50,593 nucleotides of DNA, from positions 1 to 50,593 of the forward strand of contig CAZYPI010000003.1 of the NCBI GenBank assembly GCA_964649335.1, given 5' to 3'. The notes under the pieces were generated by a model. That model searched no databases and was not told where the DNA came from. It saw nothing but the letters and a program-made list of their open reading frames with translations. Shown in pieces: positions 9,494 to 21,840 of the stretch (position 1 is the first letter of the stretch; the number at the start of each line of letters is the position of its first letter). The DNA comes from an uncultured Rikenellaceae bacterium. Lineage in GTDB: Bacteria; Bacteroidota; Bacteroidia; Bacteroidales; VadinHA17. A program made the translations under genes and the position numbers.

Positions 9494-9509
9494 ACACAAA
9501 CGTTTGGGC
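9494..9509. promoter_or_regulatory. Candidate LacI-family operator upstream of the lacI-kduI-kduD operon
   Basis: CAAACGTTTG (9497-9506) is a perfect 10-bp palindrome centred on CG. It lies about 20 bp upstream of the candidate -7 box at 9526. Confidence 0.4.
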
Positions 9510-9525
9510 TCTTCTGAAAAATTCC

Positions 9526-9533
9526 TAATTTTG
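9526..9533 (+). promoter_or_regulatory. Candidate Bacteroidota -7 box (TAATTTTG) for the LacI-family regulator gene
   Basis: The site matches TAnnTTTG 8 nt before the ATG, which implies a very short leader. Confidence 0.3.
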
Positions 9534-9540
9534 TGATGTT

Positions 9541-10587
9541 ATGCCGGGAAAAAAGAAACATACCTTACATCCTTCGAGGCCGGTGACGATCAAGGATCTG
9601 GCAGGGATGCTGAATACAACCCCATCGACGGTATCGCGTGCCCTGCGCGACAAAGAAGGGGTGGGGGAGAAGATGAGGAAAAAGGTAAAGGCCCTGGCCC
9701 GAAAGACAGGTTACCGGCCGAATGCCGTGGCGGCAGGACTGCGTAAAGGCAGGAGCAACACCATAGGAGTGATCGTGCCCAGGGTAAACCGTGACTTTTT
9801 TTCAGGTGTGATCGCCGGAATCGAAGAGGTTGCTTTTGAAAACCGGTATAGCGTGATCCTCTGCCAGAGCCATGACCAGCTGGAAAAGGAAAAACAATAT
9901 GTTGAAACACTGTTGAGTGCCCATGTGGACGGGATCCTGGCATCCCTGAGCCTGGAAACAAACCGATATGACCACTTCAGGAAAGTGCTGAATACCGGGG
10001 TGCCTCTGATATTCTTCGACAGGATCCCGGATGAGTTGAAAACCAGCCGGATCGTTATTGACGACTATGAAGGGGCTTTTCGTGTGGTCAGACATATGCT
10101 GGAAAACGGTTACCGCAGGATCATTCATTTCGCCGGCCCGGACTACCTGAATGTGTATCGAAACAGGAAGGAAGGATATCTCGCCGCCATGAAAGCTTTT
10201 AATATCCCGGTAGAAGAGGAGATGATCATATACAATAATCTTACCCTGGAAGCCGGCAAAAAATCCATGGAAAAGCTCCTCGGCGAAGGATTCGTACCGG
10301 ATGCCCTGTTCTCGGCCAGCGATTATGCCGCCCTGGGTGCCCTGCTCTGTATGCAGGAAAAAGGCTTCGACATCCCGGCTCAGTTTGGTGTGGCAGGTTT
10401 CAGCAATGAGAAATTCACTTCTTACATAAACCCTTCCCTCACCACGGTTGACCAGCACAGCCGGGAGATGGGAAGGTATTGTACCAAATTGTTCCTGAAA
10501 GAGAGCATCGGGGAAAAACCTCCCCCCAGCAAGATCATGCTCAGCCCCGAATTGCTGATCCGGAAATCCACTCAAAGACATTCCTGA
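9541..10587 (+). CDS. LacI family transcriptional regulator
   Basis: The N-terminal HTH is 'TIKDLAGMLNTTPSTVSRALR'. It is followed by a periplasmic-binding-protein-like sugar-binding core ('IGVIVP', 'VDGIL', 'SASDYAALGAL'). Confidence 0.9.
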   Translation: MPGKKKHTLHPSRPVTIKDLAGMLNTTPSTVSRALRDKEGVGEKMRKKVKALARKTGYRPNAVAAGLRKGRSNTIGVIVPRVNRDFFSGVIAGIEEVAFENRYSVILCQSHDQLEKEKQYVETLLSAHVDGILASLSLETNRYDHFRKVLNTGVPLIFFDRIPDELKTSRIVIDDYEGAFRVVRHMLENGYRRIIHFAGPDYLNVYRNRKEGYLAAMKAFNIPVEEEMIIYNNLTLEAGKKSMEKLLGEGFVPDALFSASDYAALGALLCMQEKGFDIPAQFGVAGFSNEKFTSYINPSLTTVDQHSREMGRYCTKLFLKESIGEKPPPSKIMLSPELLIRKSTQRHS

Positions 10588-10613
10588 TTATACTAACATA
10601 AAACTTTAATAGA

Positions 10614-11456
10614 ATGACTACAAATTATGAACTCAGGTACGCAACCCATCCGGATGATGCCGTTGCGTATGACACACAAAGACTTAGAAAAGAGTACCTG
10701 GTGGAAAATATCATGGTTCCCGGAGAAGTCAATATGGTTTATTCCTTCTATGACAGGTACATTGTCGGAGGAGCTGTGCCTGTAAACGAAGAGTTGTTAC
10801 TGGAACCCATCGATCCGCTGAAAGCAGACTATTTTCTTGAGCGCCGTGAGCTGGGGATCATCAATGTGGGAGGCCCCGGCATCGTAAAAACCGACGGAAC
10901 GAAGTATGAACTGGGATACAAGGATGCGCTGTATGCCGGAAGAGGGGTTAAAGAGGTGATTTTCTCCAGCATAAACCCTGCAAAACCGGCTCATTTCTAT
11001 TTTAACTCCGCCAATGCCCACAAAGCTTTTCCGGTAAAACGGGTTACGCCGGCCGATGCCGAAGTGGTTGATCTCGGATCTCCGGAAACCTCAAATGAAC
11101 GCCGGATAAACAAACTGCTTGTACATGGCGTGGTGGACACCTGCCAACTGCAAATGGGCATGACCGAACTGAAAACCGGCAGTGTGTGGAACACAATGCC
11201 CTCCCACGTGCACAGCCGCCGTATGGAGGCTTACTTTTATTTCGAGGTACCGGACGGTCAGGCCATATGCCATTTTATGGGTGACCCGAAAGAGACCAGA
11301 CATATCTGGCTGCAGAACGAACAGGCGGTAATCTCTCCGCCCTGGTCGATACATGCCGCCGCAGGTACCTCCAACTATGTCTTTATCTGGGGGATGGCCG
11401 GCGAAAACCTGGATTACGGAGATATGGATTTTGCCGAACCTGTGGACCTGTTGTAA
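10614..11456 (+). CDS. kduI: 5-dehydro-4-deoxy-D-glucuronate isomerase
   Basis: The protein is 280 aa. '[15 protein letters not shown]', '[35 protein letters not shown]' and '[13 protein letters not shown]' closely parallel E. coli KduI. Confidence 0.93.
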   Translation: MTTNYELRYATHPDDAVAYDTQRLRKEYLVENIMVPGEVNMVYSFYDRYIVGGAVPVNEELLLEPIDPLKADYFLERRELGIINVGGPGIVKTDGTKYELGYKDALYAGRGVKEVIFSSINPAKPAHFYFNSANAHKAFPVKRVTPADAEVVDLGSPETSNERRINKLLVHGVVDTCQLQMGMTELKTGSVWNTMPSHVHSRRMEAYFYFEVPDGQAICHFMGDPKETRHIWLQNEQAVISPPWSIHAAAGTSNYVFIWGMAGENLDYGDMDFAEPVDLL

Positions 11457-11492
11457 TATCTTTTCTTATATCATAACAAAAAAATAAAAATT

Positions 11493-12287
11493 ATGGGACT
11501 GGAATTATTTGATCTTACCGGAAAAACCGCCCTGGTTACCGGAGGTACCCACGGGCTGGGAATGGCCATTGCCACGGCTCTTGCCGAAGCAGGAGCCCAA
11601 ATCGTGGTGAACGGTCACTCCCCCGAAAAACTCGACAAGGCCAAAAAACAATACGCCGAAAAGGGTATCGATGCCCACACTTATCTGTTTGATGTAACCC
11701 TGGAAAATCAGGTCATTGAATACCTTACCCTGATCGAAAAAGAAGTGGCCCCGGTAGACATCCTGGTGAACAATGCTGGTATTATCAAAAGGACCCCCAT
11801 GCTCGACATGGATGTGGATGACTTCAGACAAGTGCTGGAGGTCGATCTGGTCGGTCCTTTTATTATGGCCAAACATGTGGTTAAAAGTATGATCCGAAGA
11901 AAATCCGGAGGGAAGATCATCAACATGTGTTCGATGATGAGTGAGGTCTCCCGCAACACCGTCAGTGCCTATGCCGCCGCCAAGGGAGGATTGAAGATGC
12001 TCACCAAAGAGATGGCCGATGAATGGGCCCGCTACAACATCCAGGCCAATGGCATCGGTCCGGGATATTTTGCCACCGACCAAACCGCCCCCATACGTGT
12101 GGGAGGACATCCTTTTAATGATTTTATTATCAAAAGAACACCCGCCCGTCGCTGGGGAAAACCGGAAGAGCTGGCAGGAGCTGCTATCTTCCTGGCATCC
12201 AAAGCCTCCGATTTTGTGAACGGCCATGTTCTTTACGTGGACGGCGGGATCCTGGCCACCCTGGGAAGCCATGCCGGTGAAGACTGA
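11493..12287 (+). CDS. kduD: SDR oxidoreductase of the gluconate 5-dehydrogenase / 2-dehydro-3-deoxy-D-gluconate 5-dehydrogenase type
   Basis: 'GKTALVTGGTHGLG', 'VNNAGI', 'YAAAKGG' and 'RTPARRWGKPEEL.GAAIFLASKASDFVNGHVLYVDGG' are strongly IdnO/KduD-like. The gene lies directly downstream of kduI. Confidence 0.8.
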   Translation: MGLELFDLTGKTALVTGGTHGLGMAIATALAEAGAQIVVNGHSPEKLDKAKKQYAEKGIDAHTYLFDVTLENQVIEYLTLIEKEVAPVDILVNNAGIIKRTPMLDMDVDDFRQVLEVDLVGPFIMAKHVVKSMIRRKSGGKIINMCSMMSEVSRNTVSAYAAAKGGLKMLTKEMADEWARYNIQANGIGPGYFATDQTAPIRVGGHPFNDFIIKRTPARRWGKPEELAGAAIFLASKASDFVNGHVLYVDGGILATLGSHAGED

Positions 12288-12408
12288 GAAAATTCTTAAA
12301 AAATGTTAACCGGATCTGTAATATTGTCAGAAAACATCATCTTTCGCACTGATTTTGCTAAAGACATTCGTGATTGTCTTTTATTATAATTTTTAAAAAC
12401 TTATAGAG

Positions 12409-13629
12409 ATGAAAAATATTTGGGTGTTATTTATTGCCATGTTCCTGTTGACATCGTGTGGGGGTAAAAAAGAAGCCGTTATCTCCCTCGTAAACCCCGT
12501 TGATCTGGCTCGTCCCGATGAGCCGGTAACCATCGGGAGAAGTCATCTGGATTCACTGGTATCAGGTGTTCCCGAAGGGAAAGTGCCCCTGGTCAAAGAT
12601 ATGCAGGGGGTAGTGATCCCTTCGCAGGCCGACGACCTGGACAAAGACGGAAAGTGGGATGAGCTGTTTATGCTGATCAACTTCAAACCCAAAGAGACCA
12701 AACAGCTCCGTGTCTCTTTCGTCGCACCGGAAGATTTGCCGGCATTTACGCAAAGGGCCAACATTCGCTTTGCCAACTATCCGGAACACAAAGAGCTGGA
12801 TCATGCCAAACGTCTGCGCTCCACCGACTCGCCCAGCACCCAGAAGGCTTTTCAGATGGAGGGACCCGCCTGGGAGAATGACAAGGTGGGATTCAGGAAC
12901 TATTACGACGCCCGGAACGGTATGGACATCTTCGGAAAAAGAGTCTCCCGGATGGTGCTGGACAGTGTGGGACTGGTACCTCATTCTTATCATGTGCTGA
13001 AGGACTGGGGCATGGACATTCTGAAAGTGGGTAACTCCCTTGGCGCCGGTGCCATAGCCCTGATGGTCAACGACTCGGTGTACCGTGTCGACCTGCCGAA
13101 GGAAGGAACCTACGAAAGAATTGCCGACGGACCGCTACGTGCTGTTTTGCGGCTGGGATACTATGGATGGAAAGCCGGCGGAAACGTATATGATATCGTC
13201 GACGAGATCAGTATCTGGGGCGGTACCAACTTCTACAAAAGTGAGATCACGGTAAAGGGCCTTACCGGACATGAAAGCCTGATCACCGGCATCGTGCGCC
13301 ACTGTGACTCCCTGATTGTCGATGAACCCAACGACCAGTATGTTTTCTTTGCCACCCATTGCAACCAGGCTTATGAAGGCGAAAAACTGGGTATGGCCAT
13401 CCTGGTGAAAACCGATGACCTGATCACTACCATCAATGCTCCGGAAACAGGCAAAGGGATCATAAACACCTACATGGTGGACCTCAAGCTTCATAAAGAC
13501 AAACCTACTGCCTATTGCTTCTACTCCGGATGGGAAAAACAGGATTCCCGTTTTGCGGATGCCGATTTCTTCAAACATGTGATCGCTGACGATGCCAACC
13601 GTATGGCTCACCCGGTGATCGTGAAATAA
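12409..13629 (+). CDS. Lipoprotein, probably a DUF4861 family protein
   Basis: A signal peptide ends in the lipobox 'LLTSCGG'. The size (406 aa) and the position after kduI/kduD match the DUF4861 proteins I recall from Bacteroidota uronate loci. The family assignment comes from memory and was not searched. Confidence 0.55.
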   Translation: MKNIWVLFIAMFLLTSCGGKKEAVISLVNPVDLARPDEPVTIGRSHLDSLVSGVPEGKVPLVKDMQGVVIPSQADDLDKDGKWDELFMLINFKPKETKQLRVSFVAPEDLPAFTQRANIRFANYPEHKELDHAKRLRSTDSPSTQKAFQMEGPAWENDKVGFRNYYDARNGMDIFGKRVSRMVLDSVGLVPHSYHVLKDWGMDILKVGNSLGAGAIALMVNDSVYRVDLPKEGTYERIADGPLRAVLRLGYYGWKAGGNVYDIVDEISIWGGTNFYKSEITVKGLTGHESLITGIVRHCDSLIVDEPNDQYVFFATHCNQAYEGEKLGMAILVKTDDLITTINAPETGKGIINTYMVDLKLHKDKPTAYCFYSGWEKQDSRFADADFFKHVIADDANRMAHPVIVK

Positions 13630-13666
13630 CGGCCCGTCTTGGCAAAAGAACGGATCCGGTAATGGA

Positions 13667-13704
13667 AAAATGTAAAGGCACAAGATTTTGTGCCTTTACA
13701 TTTT
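13667..13704. terminator. Bidirectional terminator hairpin between the DUF4861 gene and glpD
   Basis: The 17-bp stem is perfect: AAAATGTAAAGGCACAA pairs with TTGTGCCTTTACATTTT around the 4-nt loop GATT. A/T runs lie at both ends. Confidence 0.75.
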
Positions 13705-13728
13705 GTTAACCGATTAGTTGACAGTATG

Positions 13729-15393
13729 TCAGCACCTCAGACCTGACAAGGTCACTTCCGAGATACGTTTTTCCACCGTTTCTTTTTCTTTCTCATACTC
13801 TTTGTCATCCCATGCAAAAGTCTGCCTGAACTTTTCCAGGATATCCGGGTAATATTTCCTGGCGGTTTCCGGCTCGAAGAAGAGTCTTCCGCTGCGTCTT
13901 TCCAGAAAATCCAGGGGACGGTAAACCATCTCTCGTGCAAGGCAGTGATCCAGTTCGGCAAGAATAAGGTTTTTGCCGGGGTCTCCTGAATCTTTGCGGC
14001 GCGCCTCCTCAAAGATCTCCCGGGCCATTTTTCCGTACTTAAAGATCATTTGCGATACCTCCTCCCTGCTGTAACCTGCATCCTTTACTTCCCGGGACAG
14101 ATACTCTCTGAAACTTGTTACTTCCTCCAGCGATTCGAAGGCTGGGAAGGTAAGAGATATCCCGGGGCTCACCGTTTTTTTCTTTATATGCCGGAACTCT
14201 TTCCCTCCTTTTTTCCGAATCAGGTCTACTGTTTTCTCCGCCATCTTACGGTAGCCGGTCAGTTTTCCTCCGGCCATAGAGATCAGTCCGCTTGGTGAAA
14301 CGAATATTTCATCTTTCCGGGATATTTCCGAGGCGGATTTCCCTTCCTGATAGATCAAAGGCCTCAATCCCGCCCAGGCGGCCACAATATCCTCTTTGCG
14401 CAACACCACCCCCGGAAAAAGATCGTGAAAAGCATGCATCAGATATTCCACGTCTTCTTTATCCACGGGGATGGAATCCTTGTCGCCGGAATAGGGAGTG
14501 TCGGTGGTGCCTATATAAGAGATGCCGTAACGCGGGATCATGAAGATCATCCGTCCGTCGCTGATCTCGAAATAGAGCGGATTGTGCAGAGGCAGTTTTT
14601 CTCTTGAAAAAGCCAGATGCACCCCTTTGGTGATCAGCAGGTGTTTACCGCTGAGGGACCGGTCTTCGCGCCGCAGGTCATCCACCCATATACCGGTGGC
14701 ATTGACCACGAACTTCCCCGTTATTTCAAACTCCCGGTTTCCAATGATGTCGTGGCATCGGATTCCGTTGATCCTGCCGCGGGCATCATACAGGAATGTT
14801 TTGCTCTCGACATAATTCAGGCATACCGCCCCCTGTTTTACGGCTGTTTTGATCACTTCCGCGGTCAGGCGGGCATCATCGGTCATATATTCGGCATAAT
14901 AACCGCTGCCTTTCAGGTCTTTCTCCGGCAGGAGAGGTTCGATGGCCAGCGTTTGTTCTTTGTTCAGCATTTTTTTCCGGTCGTCTCCTTTCACCCCGGC
15001 CAGCAGGTCGTATAACCATAACCCCAGGGAGATCATCCACCCGGGTGTGGAGAGGCCTTTATATACCGGCAGCATCATTTTCTCCGGCACCACCAGATGA
15101 GGGGCCAGACGGTGGACAATGGCTCTTTCACGTCCTGTTTCGGCCACAACATGTACCTGGAGTTGTTTCAGGTACCGCAAACCGCCGTGGATCAGTTTGG
15201 TGGAACGGCTGCTGGTGCCCGAGGCAAAGTCTTTTTTTTCTACCAGGGCTGTCTTTAAACCCCGGGCTGCAGCATCCAGGGCGATGCCCGCGCCGGTGAT
15301 CCCGCCGCCGATGACGACTACGTCAAAATCGCCGGATGCCAACTCCCGGACCAGGGAATCTCTGTACAGGTAAGAAAATAATTTATTATCCAT
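13729..15393 (-). CDS. glpD: FAD-dependent glycerol-3-phosphate dehydrogenase
   Basis: The N-terminal FAD fold is 'DVVVIGGGITGAGIALDAAARG'. 'TSSRSTKLIHGGLRYL' is also present. The 554-aa protein is the last gene of the glpF-glpK-glpD cluster. Confidence 0.88.
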   Translation of the reverse strand: MDNKLFSYLYRDSLVRELASGDFDVVVIGGGITGAGIALDAAARGLKTALVEKKDFASGTSSRSTKLIHGGLRYLKQLQVHVVAETGRERAIVHRLAPHLVVPEKMMLPVYKGLSTPGWMISLGLWLYDLLAGVKGDDRKKMLNKEQTLAIEPLLPEKDLKGSGYYAEYMTDDARLTAEVIKTAVKQGAVCLNYVESKTFLYDARGRINGIRCHDIIGNREFEITGKFVVNATGIWVDDLRREDRSLSGKHLLITKGVHLAFSREKLPLHNPLYFEISDGRMIFMIPRYGISYIGTTDTPYSGDKDSIPVDKEDVEYLMHAFHDLFPGVVLRKEDIVAAWAGLRPLIYQEGKSASEISRKDEIFVSPSGLISMAGGKLTGYRKMAEKTVDLIRKKGGKEFRHIKKKTVSPGISLTFPAFESLEEVTSFREYLSREVKDAGYSREEVSQMIFKYGKMAREIFEEARRKDSGDPGKNLILAELDHCLAREMVYRPLDFLERRSGRLFFEPETARKYYPDILEKFRQTFAWDDKEYEKEKETVEKRISEVTLSGLRC

Positions 15394-15407
15394 CTCCTAA
15401 ATGATCA

Positions 15408-16886
15408 TCAGTCTTTGAGCCATCCCAGTGTCCTGTTTACCGCCTTTTTCCATCCGTCATACAACTGTTTTCTCTCTGCTGCAGAAATCGCCGGTTCGAA
15501 TACTCTGTCGGTTTTCCTTTTTTCCGGTATCTCTTCCTGTCTCCACAAACCGCTCTGGATTCCGGCCATATAGGCAGCTCCCAGCGCGGTGGATTCGGTC
15601 ACCGCCGGTCTTTCCACCCTGGTTCCGAGAATATCGGCCTGAAACTGCATCAGATAGTTGTTCATGGCAGCCCCGCCGTCCACACGCAGGGTTTTTATTT
15701 CCAGCCCGGAGTCTTTCTGCATGGTCTCAAGCAGATTCTTCGACTGATAAGCAAGGGACTGCAGGGTGGCTTTGATCAGATGGGGTTTGCCCGTACCGCG
15801 GGTCAGCCCGAAAATGGCTCCCCGGGCATACATGTCCCAGTAGGGAGCCCCCAGACCCGAAAAGGCCGGCACCATATACACCTCATTCCCCGGCACCTTT
15901 TCAGCAAAGTATTCCGAGTCTTCGGCCGTATCGAGGATCCTCAGGCCATCGCGCAGCCATTGGATGGCAGCCCCGGCAATAAATACGCTTCCTTCAAAGG
16001 CGTAATATACTTTTTTGCCTAGCCCCCAGGCGATCGTTGTCAACAGTCCCGAGGGGGACTCCCGCATCTCTTCGCCCGTATTCATAAGCATAAAACAACC
16101 TGTCCCATAGGTGTTTTTCACATCTCCAGGAAGGAAACAGGCCTGTCCGAACAGGGCTGCCTGCTGGTCTCCGAGGATGCCGCCTATGGGCACCGGCGTG
16201 CCGTCGATGATAAAATCCCCGAAATGCCAGGAAGAGGGGTGTACCGCCGGCATCATACTTTCCGGAATATCCAGACTGCCCAGCATCTCCCCGTCCCATT
16301 CCAGCTTGCGGATATTGTAGAGCATGGTACGTGAGGCATTGGAATAGTCCGTCGCATGCACATTGCCGCCTGTCATTTTCCATACCAGCCACGTGTCCAC
16401 CGTGCCCGCCAGCAGATCTCCGTTTTCGGCTTTTTCCCGGGCACCGGGGATATTTCTGTGGATCCAGGCTATCTTGGTGGCGGAAAAATAAGAATCTATG
16501 ACCAGCCCCGTGTTTTCCCGCACATATTTCTCCAACCCTTCTGCTTTCATCTCCTCACAAATGGGAGCGGTGCGTTTATCCTGCCAGACGATCGCATTCA
16601 TGACGGGTTCACCCGTGTGCCGGTCCCAGACCACTGTCGTCTCCCGTTGATTGGTTATCCCCATGGATACTATATCACCGGGACTGACATGGTTACGATG
16701 GATTACCTCCATCAATACTCCCATCTGGCTGTTCCATATCTCTTCCGGGTCATGTTCCACCCATCCGGGTTTGGGAAAGATCTGCAAAAACTCTTTCCGG
16801 GCAATGTCAACCACTCCGCCGTTTTCTTCAAAAAGAACGGCACGTGAGCTGGTTGTGCCCTGGTCCAATGCAATGATATACTTCAT
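15408..16886 (-). CDS. glpK: Glycerol kinase
   Basis: '[15 protein letters not shown]', '[13 protein letters not shown]', '[10 protein letters not shown]' and 'KNTYGTGCF' are canonical GlpK motifs. Confidence 0.95.
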   Translation of the reverse strand: MKYIIALDQGTTSSRAVLFEENGGVVDIARKEFLQIFPKPGWVEHDPEEIWNSQMGVLMEVIHRNHVSPGDIVSMGITNQRETTVVWDRHTGEPVMNAIVWQDKRTAPICEEMKAEGLEKYVRENTGLVIDSYFSATKIAWIHRNIPGAREKAENGDLLAGTVDTWLVWKMTGGNVHATDYSNASRTMLYNIRKLEWDGEMLGSLDIPESMMPAVHPSSWHFGDFIIDGTPVPIGGILGDQQAALFGQACFLPGDVKNTYGTGCFMLMNTGEEMRESPSGLLTTIAWGLGKKVYYAFEGSVFIAGAAIQWLRDGLRILDTAEDSEYFAEKVPGNEVYMVPAFSGLGAPYWDMYARGAIFGLTRGTGKPHLIKATLQSLAYQSKNLLETMQKDSGLEIKTLRVDGGAAMNNYLMQFQADILGTRVERPAVTESTALGAAYMAGIQSGLWRQEEIPEKRKTDRVFEPAISAAERKQLYDGWKKAVNRTLGWLKD

Positions 16887-16888
16887 AT

Positions 16889-17686
16889 CTAATTGTTTTT
16901 TTTCTGTTTAAAAATCACAGAATAAACTAAAATACCACCTGTCAGCAATGAGAAAACCCAGAACCACAATGAGAGATCACCGTTGAAAACGGCCTGGTAA
17001 AACAGCGTTCCGTAAATCCCTCCGATCAGAGGGCCTGCAATAGGTATCCAGGCATAAGCCCAGTCAGATGTTCCTTTGCCGGGGATGGGCAGGATGAAAT
17101 GAGCGAGGCGGGGGCCGAAATCCCTGGCCGGATTGATGGCAAAACCGGTTGTGCCCCCCAGGGAGAAACCGATGGCGGAGATATATATCCCGATGACCAG
17201 GGGGTTGAGGCCTTCGGCAAAATTGTTTATGCCGAGAAAAGACAAGCCGAATAAAAGCATAAAGGTACCGATCACCTCACTGGCCAGGTTGTTGGGAAAA
17301 GAACGCTCGGCCGGGATCGTGCTGAAAATAGCCAGCTTGGAAGCACTGCTTTCGGTCTTTCGCCAGTGCGGATAATACTGAACCCATACGATGACAGCCC
17401 CGGTAAATGCTCCGGCAATCTGGGCAATGATATAGCCGGGGACTTTTGCCCAGGGGAACTCACCCGCCATGGCAAAACCTATCGTAACGGCCGGGTTGAT
17501 ATGGGCTCCGCTGATCCCGCCGACAGCAAAAACCGCAAACGAAACCCCCAGGCCCCAGGCCACACAAATGGTTATCCAGCCGGCATTCTCCGACTTGGAA
17601 TTCTTCAGTAAAGCCCCGGCAACTACCCCGGAACCAAAGATCATAAGGATCATCGTGCCAACAAATTCAGCTGTGTACTCGGTCAT
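16889..17686 (-). CDS. glpF: MIP family glycerol uptake facilitator
   Basis: Two NPA boxes are present ('GAHINPAVT' and 'GFAINPARD') with a six-TM-like hydrophobic pattern. The gene ends 2 nt upstream of glpK. Confidence 0.9.
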   Translation of the reverse strand: MTEYTAEFVGTMILMIFGSGVVAGALLKNSKSENAGWITICVAWGLGVSFAVFAVGGISGAHINPAVTIGFAMAGEFPWAKVPGYIIAQIAGAFTGAVIVWVQYYPHWRKTESSASKLAIFSTIPAERSFPNNLASEVIGTFMLLFGLSFLGINNFAEGLNPLVIGIYISAIGFSLGGTTGFAINPARDFGPRLAHFILPIPGKGTSDWAYAWIPIAGPLIGGIYGTLFYQAVFNGDLSLWFWVFSLLTGGILVYSVIFKQKKNN

Positions 17687-17910
17687 ATGCTTTTTGTTTT
17701 ATAGCCAAAATTGAAAAAATATGTGGTTCCGGGCAGGAAAAAACAAATTAAATTATTATCAACTTATTAACAATTTGAAAAAAATGATATTTATTTCAGG
17801 TCTTATGATCATAAACAGGGCTTTTTTATCGTTTTTATAGCCTCTTTTTATATATATGATCTTTATCTGTTGATTAGATTTGAGAATATTTCCGGAAAAT
17901 TATATTTTCG

Positions 17911-17918
17911 TACCTTTG
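17911..17918 (+). promoter_or_regulatory. Candidate Bacteroidota -7 box (TACCTTTG) for the DUF349 gene
   Basis: The site matches TAnnTTTG 46 nt upstream of the ATG at 17964, inside an AT-rich 277-nt intergenic region. Confidence 0.4.
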
Positions 17919-17963
17919 TCGAAATTTTGTATGGTGGAGTTAATGTTACCCTAAAACCCATGT

Positions 17964-20138
17964 ATGATGGATATGTTAGAGCGAAAAGCGGTGGAGTCCG
18001 GAGAAAAGGAAGAGATACGGGAAGAAAATACCGGACAACAAGCCACGGAAAACAAGGGAGAGGCACAGGAAAAAGGAGATGATATACAGCCGGCTGAAGA
18101 GAAAAAGATACAGGAAACAGGCGCATTGCAGGAAGAACGGGAAGAAGAAGTAACGAAACCGGAGGCTTCCGGGGATAACACTGCACCACAGATGCAGACT
18201 GATGACGGCAATCCGGGCCAAACGGATGAAGAAACAATCCCCCCGCAGGATCCCGGAGAAACAGCCGGAGAGGAAGCAACTGCGCCGGAAATCACGGTAG
18301 ATGCCGAAACTCCTGCAGAGGAACCGGAAAAAACCGAATCGGCGGAACCTGATAAACCTGTTTCAGACGAAGCAAAGGAATCAGTTGAAGAAGAGGATGG
18401 TAACATAATGAAAGAGGTGGATTATTCAACCTTTGGAATCGGTGAACTGCTCAACCGTCTGGAACTACTGATAGATGAACGACCCGTGCAGGAGATCCGG
18501 CATGATGTGGAAAGCATTAAAATAAACTTCTACAAGAAATTCCACCTGGAGATCGAGGAAAAGAAAAAGCGTTTCCTGGAAGAAGGGGGCGACCCGCTGG
18601 ATTTTAAACCGGGACCCGACGAACGGGAAGAGCACCTGAAATATCTCCTGAAAAAATTCAGGGATAAGAAAGCCAAATATAACAAGGAACTGGAGGAGGA
18701 GAAAAAAAGAAACCTGGAAGAAAAATACCGGATCATCGAAGAGATAGGGGACCTGGTCAACAGAAAAGAATCCATCAACAAGACTTTTCAGGAGTTCAGG
18801 GAACTGCAGGAACGATGGCGGAATGTGGGACTGGTGCCGCAGCAACACGTCAAAGATCTGTGGGAGAACTATCACTATCATGTTGAGAAGTTTTATGATT
18901 ATATCAAGATCAACAAAGAGCTGCGCGATCTCGACCTGAAAAAGAACCTGGAGAAAAAAATAAAGCTCTGTGAACAGGCCGAGAGCCTGTTGCTAGAACC
19001 GGATATTATCAGCGCTTTCAAGACCCTGCAGAAATATCATGAACAGTGGCGGGAAACAGGTCCTGTCCCCAAAGAGAACAAAACGGAACTGTGGGAACGG
19101 TTTAAGGAGGCCACCCGGAAGATCAACAAGAAATACCAGGCCTATTTCCAGGAGATAAAAGAGATACAGAAAAAGAATCTTGAGCAGAAAACCTCACTGG
19201 CCGAAAGGGCGGAAGAAATAGCTGACCTGGAGATCCGTTCTCACCGGCAATGGGACGAGAAATCCAGAGAAATACAGGAGTTGCAGAAAGTGTGGAAAAC
19301 CATCGGTTTCGCCCCCAGAAAACAAAACAATGCCATATACGAACGGTTCCGGAAAGCCTGCGACCGCTTTTTTAACCGGAAGAGGGAATATTATGCCGAA
19401 AACAAGGAAGTGCAGATGAACAACCTGCAGATGAAAACAGACCTGTGCATACAGGCTGAAGCCCTCAAGGACAGTACGGAATGGCAAAAAACCACGGAAG
19501 ACCTGATCAACCTGCAGAAAAAATGGAAAGAGATCGGACCGGTCCCCAAAAAATATTCCGATCAGATCTGGAAAAGATTCAGGGCCGCCTGCGATGTGTT
19601 TTTCGAAAACAAATCACGCTATTTCAGAGACCGGGAGAAAAACTACCAGGAAAACCTTAAAATGAAGGAAGAGCTGATTGAAGAGATCAGAAACTTTAAA
19701 ATGACCGATGATCCGGATGCCGATTTCAACAAACTGAATGAGTTTCAGCGGCGCTGGACAGAGATCGGCTATGTGCCCATCAGTAAAAAAGAGGAAATAG
19801 CCAATGCCTACAGGGAAGCGATCAATAACCTGTTCAATAATCTGAATATCAATGACCACAAAAAAAACCTGTTGAAGTACAAGGCCAAGATCGAGGCCCT
19901 GGGCAGTACGTCCAGGGCAAACATCAAACTCCAGAAAGACCGGGAGAAGTTCATCAACCGTATCAAACAACTGGAAAATGACATTACGGTATGGGAAAAC
20001 AATATTGGTTTCTTCACTCAATCTAAAAATGCCGAATCACTCATAAAAGATATCACGACAAAAATCGAAAACGCCAAAGCCAGCATCAAGCTTCTGAAAG
20101 ACAAAATCCGACTCATTGATGAAATGGAAAACGACTGA
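17964..20138 (+). CDS. DUF349 domain-containing protein with an acidic low-complexity N-terminus
   Basis: About five repeats follow the pattern 'LQ..W...G.VP......LW.RF..A.D.FF' (for example 'WRETGPVPKENKTELWERFKEA' and 'WKEIGPVPKKYSDQIWKRFRAACDVFF'). The first roughly 148 aa are E/D/T/P-rich. An alternative start is the ATG at 18408. Confidence 0.8.
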   Translation: MMDMLERKAVESGEKEEIREENTGQQATENKGEAQEKGDDIQPAEEKKIQETGALQEEREEEVTKPEASGDNTAPQMQTDDGNPGQTDEETIPPQDPGETAGEEATAPEITVDAETPAEEPEKTESAEPDKPVSDEAKESVEEEDGNIMKEVDYSTFGIGELLNRLELLIDERPVQEIRHDVESIKINFYKKFHLEIEEKKKRFLEEGGDPLDFKPGPDEREEHLKYLLKKFRDKKAKYNKELEEEKKRNLEEKYRIIEEIGDLVNRKESINKTFQEFRELQERWRNVGLVPQQHVKDLWENYHYHVEKFYDYIKINKELRDLDLKKNLEKKIKLCEQAESLLLEPDIISAFKTLQKYHEQWRETGPVPKENKTELWERFKEATRKINKKYQAYFQEIKEIQKKNLEQKTSLAERAEEIADLEIRSHRQWDEKSREIQELQKVWKTIGFAPRKQNNAIYERFRKACDRFFNRKREYYAENKEVQMNNLQMKTDLCIQAEALKDSTEWQKTTEDLINLQKKWKEIGPVPKKYSDQIWKRFRAACDVFFENKSRYFRDREKNYQENLKMKEELIEEIRNFKMTDDPDADFNKLNEFQRRWTEIGYVPISKKEEIANAYREAINNLFNNLNINDHKKNLLKYKAKIEALGSTSRANIKLQKDREKFINRIKQLENDITVWENNIGFFTQSKNAESLIKDITTKIENAKASIKLLKDKIRLIDEMEND

Positions 20139-20150
20139 ATACCAACCTAA

Positions 20151-21830
<1,680 letters not shown>

Positions 21831-21840
21831 ACCGTTTGAT

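Noticed and set aside
11505-12272. The 255-aa antisense ORF spanning almost all of kduD
   Set aside because: This is a shadow ORF. The plus-strand SDR has all its canonical motifs, and the antisense translation is a G/H/D/F-rich sequence with no recognisable motifs.
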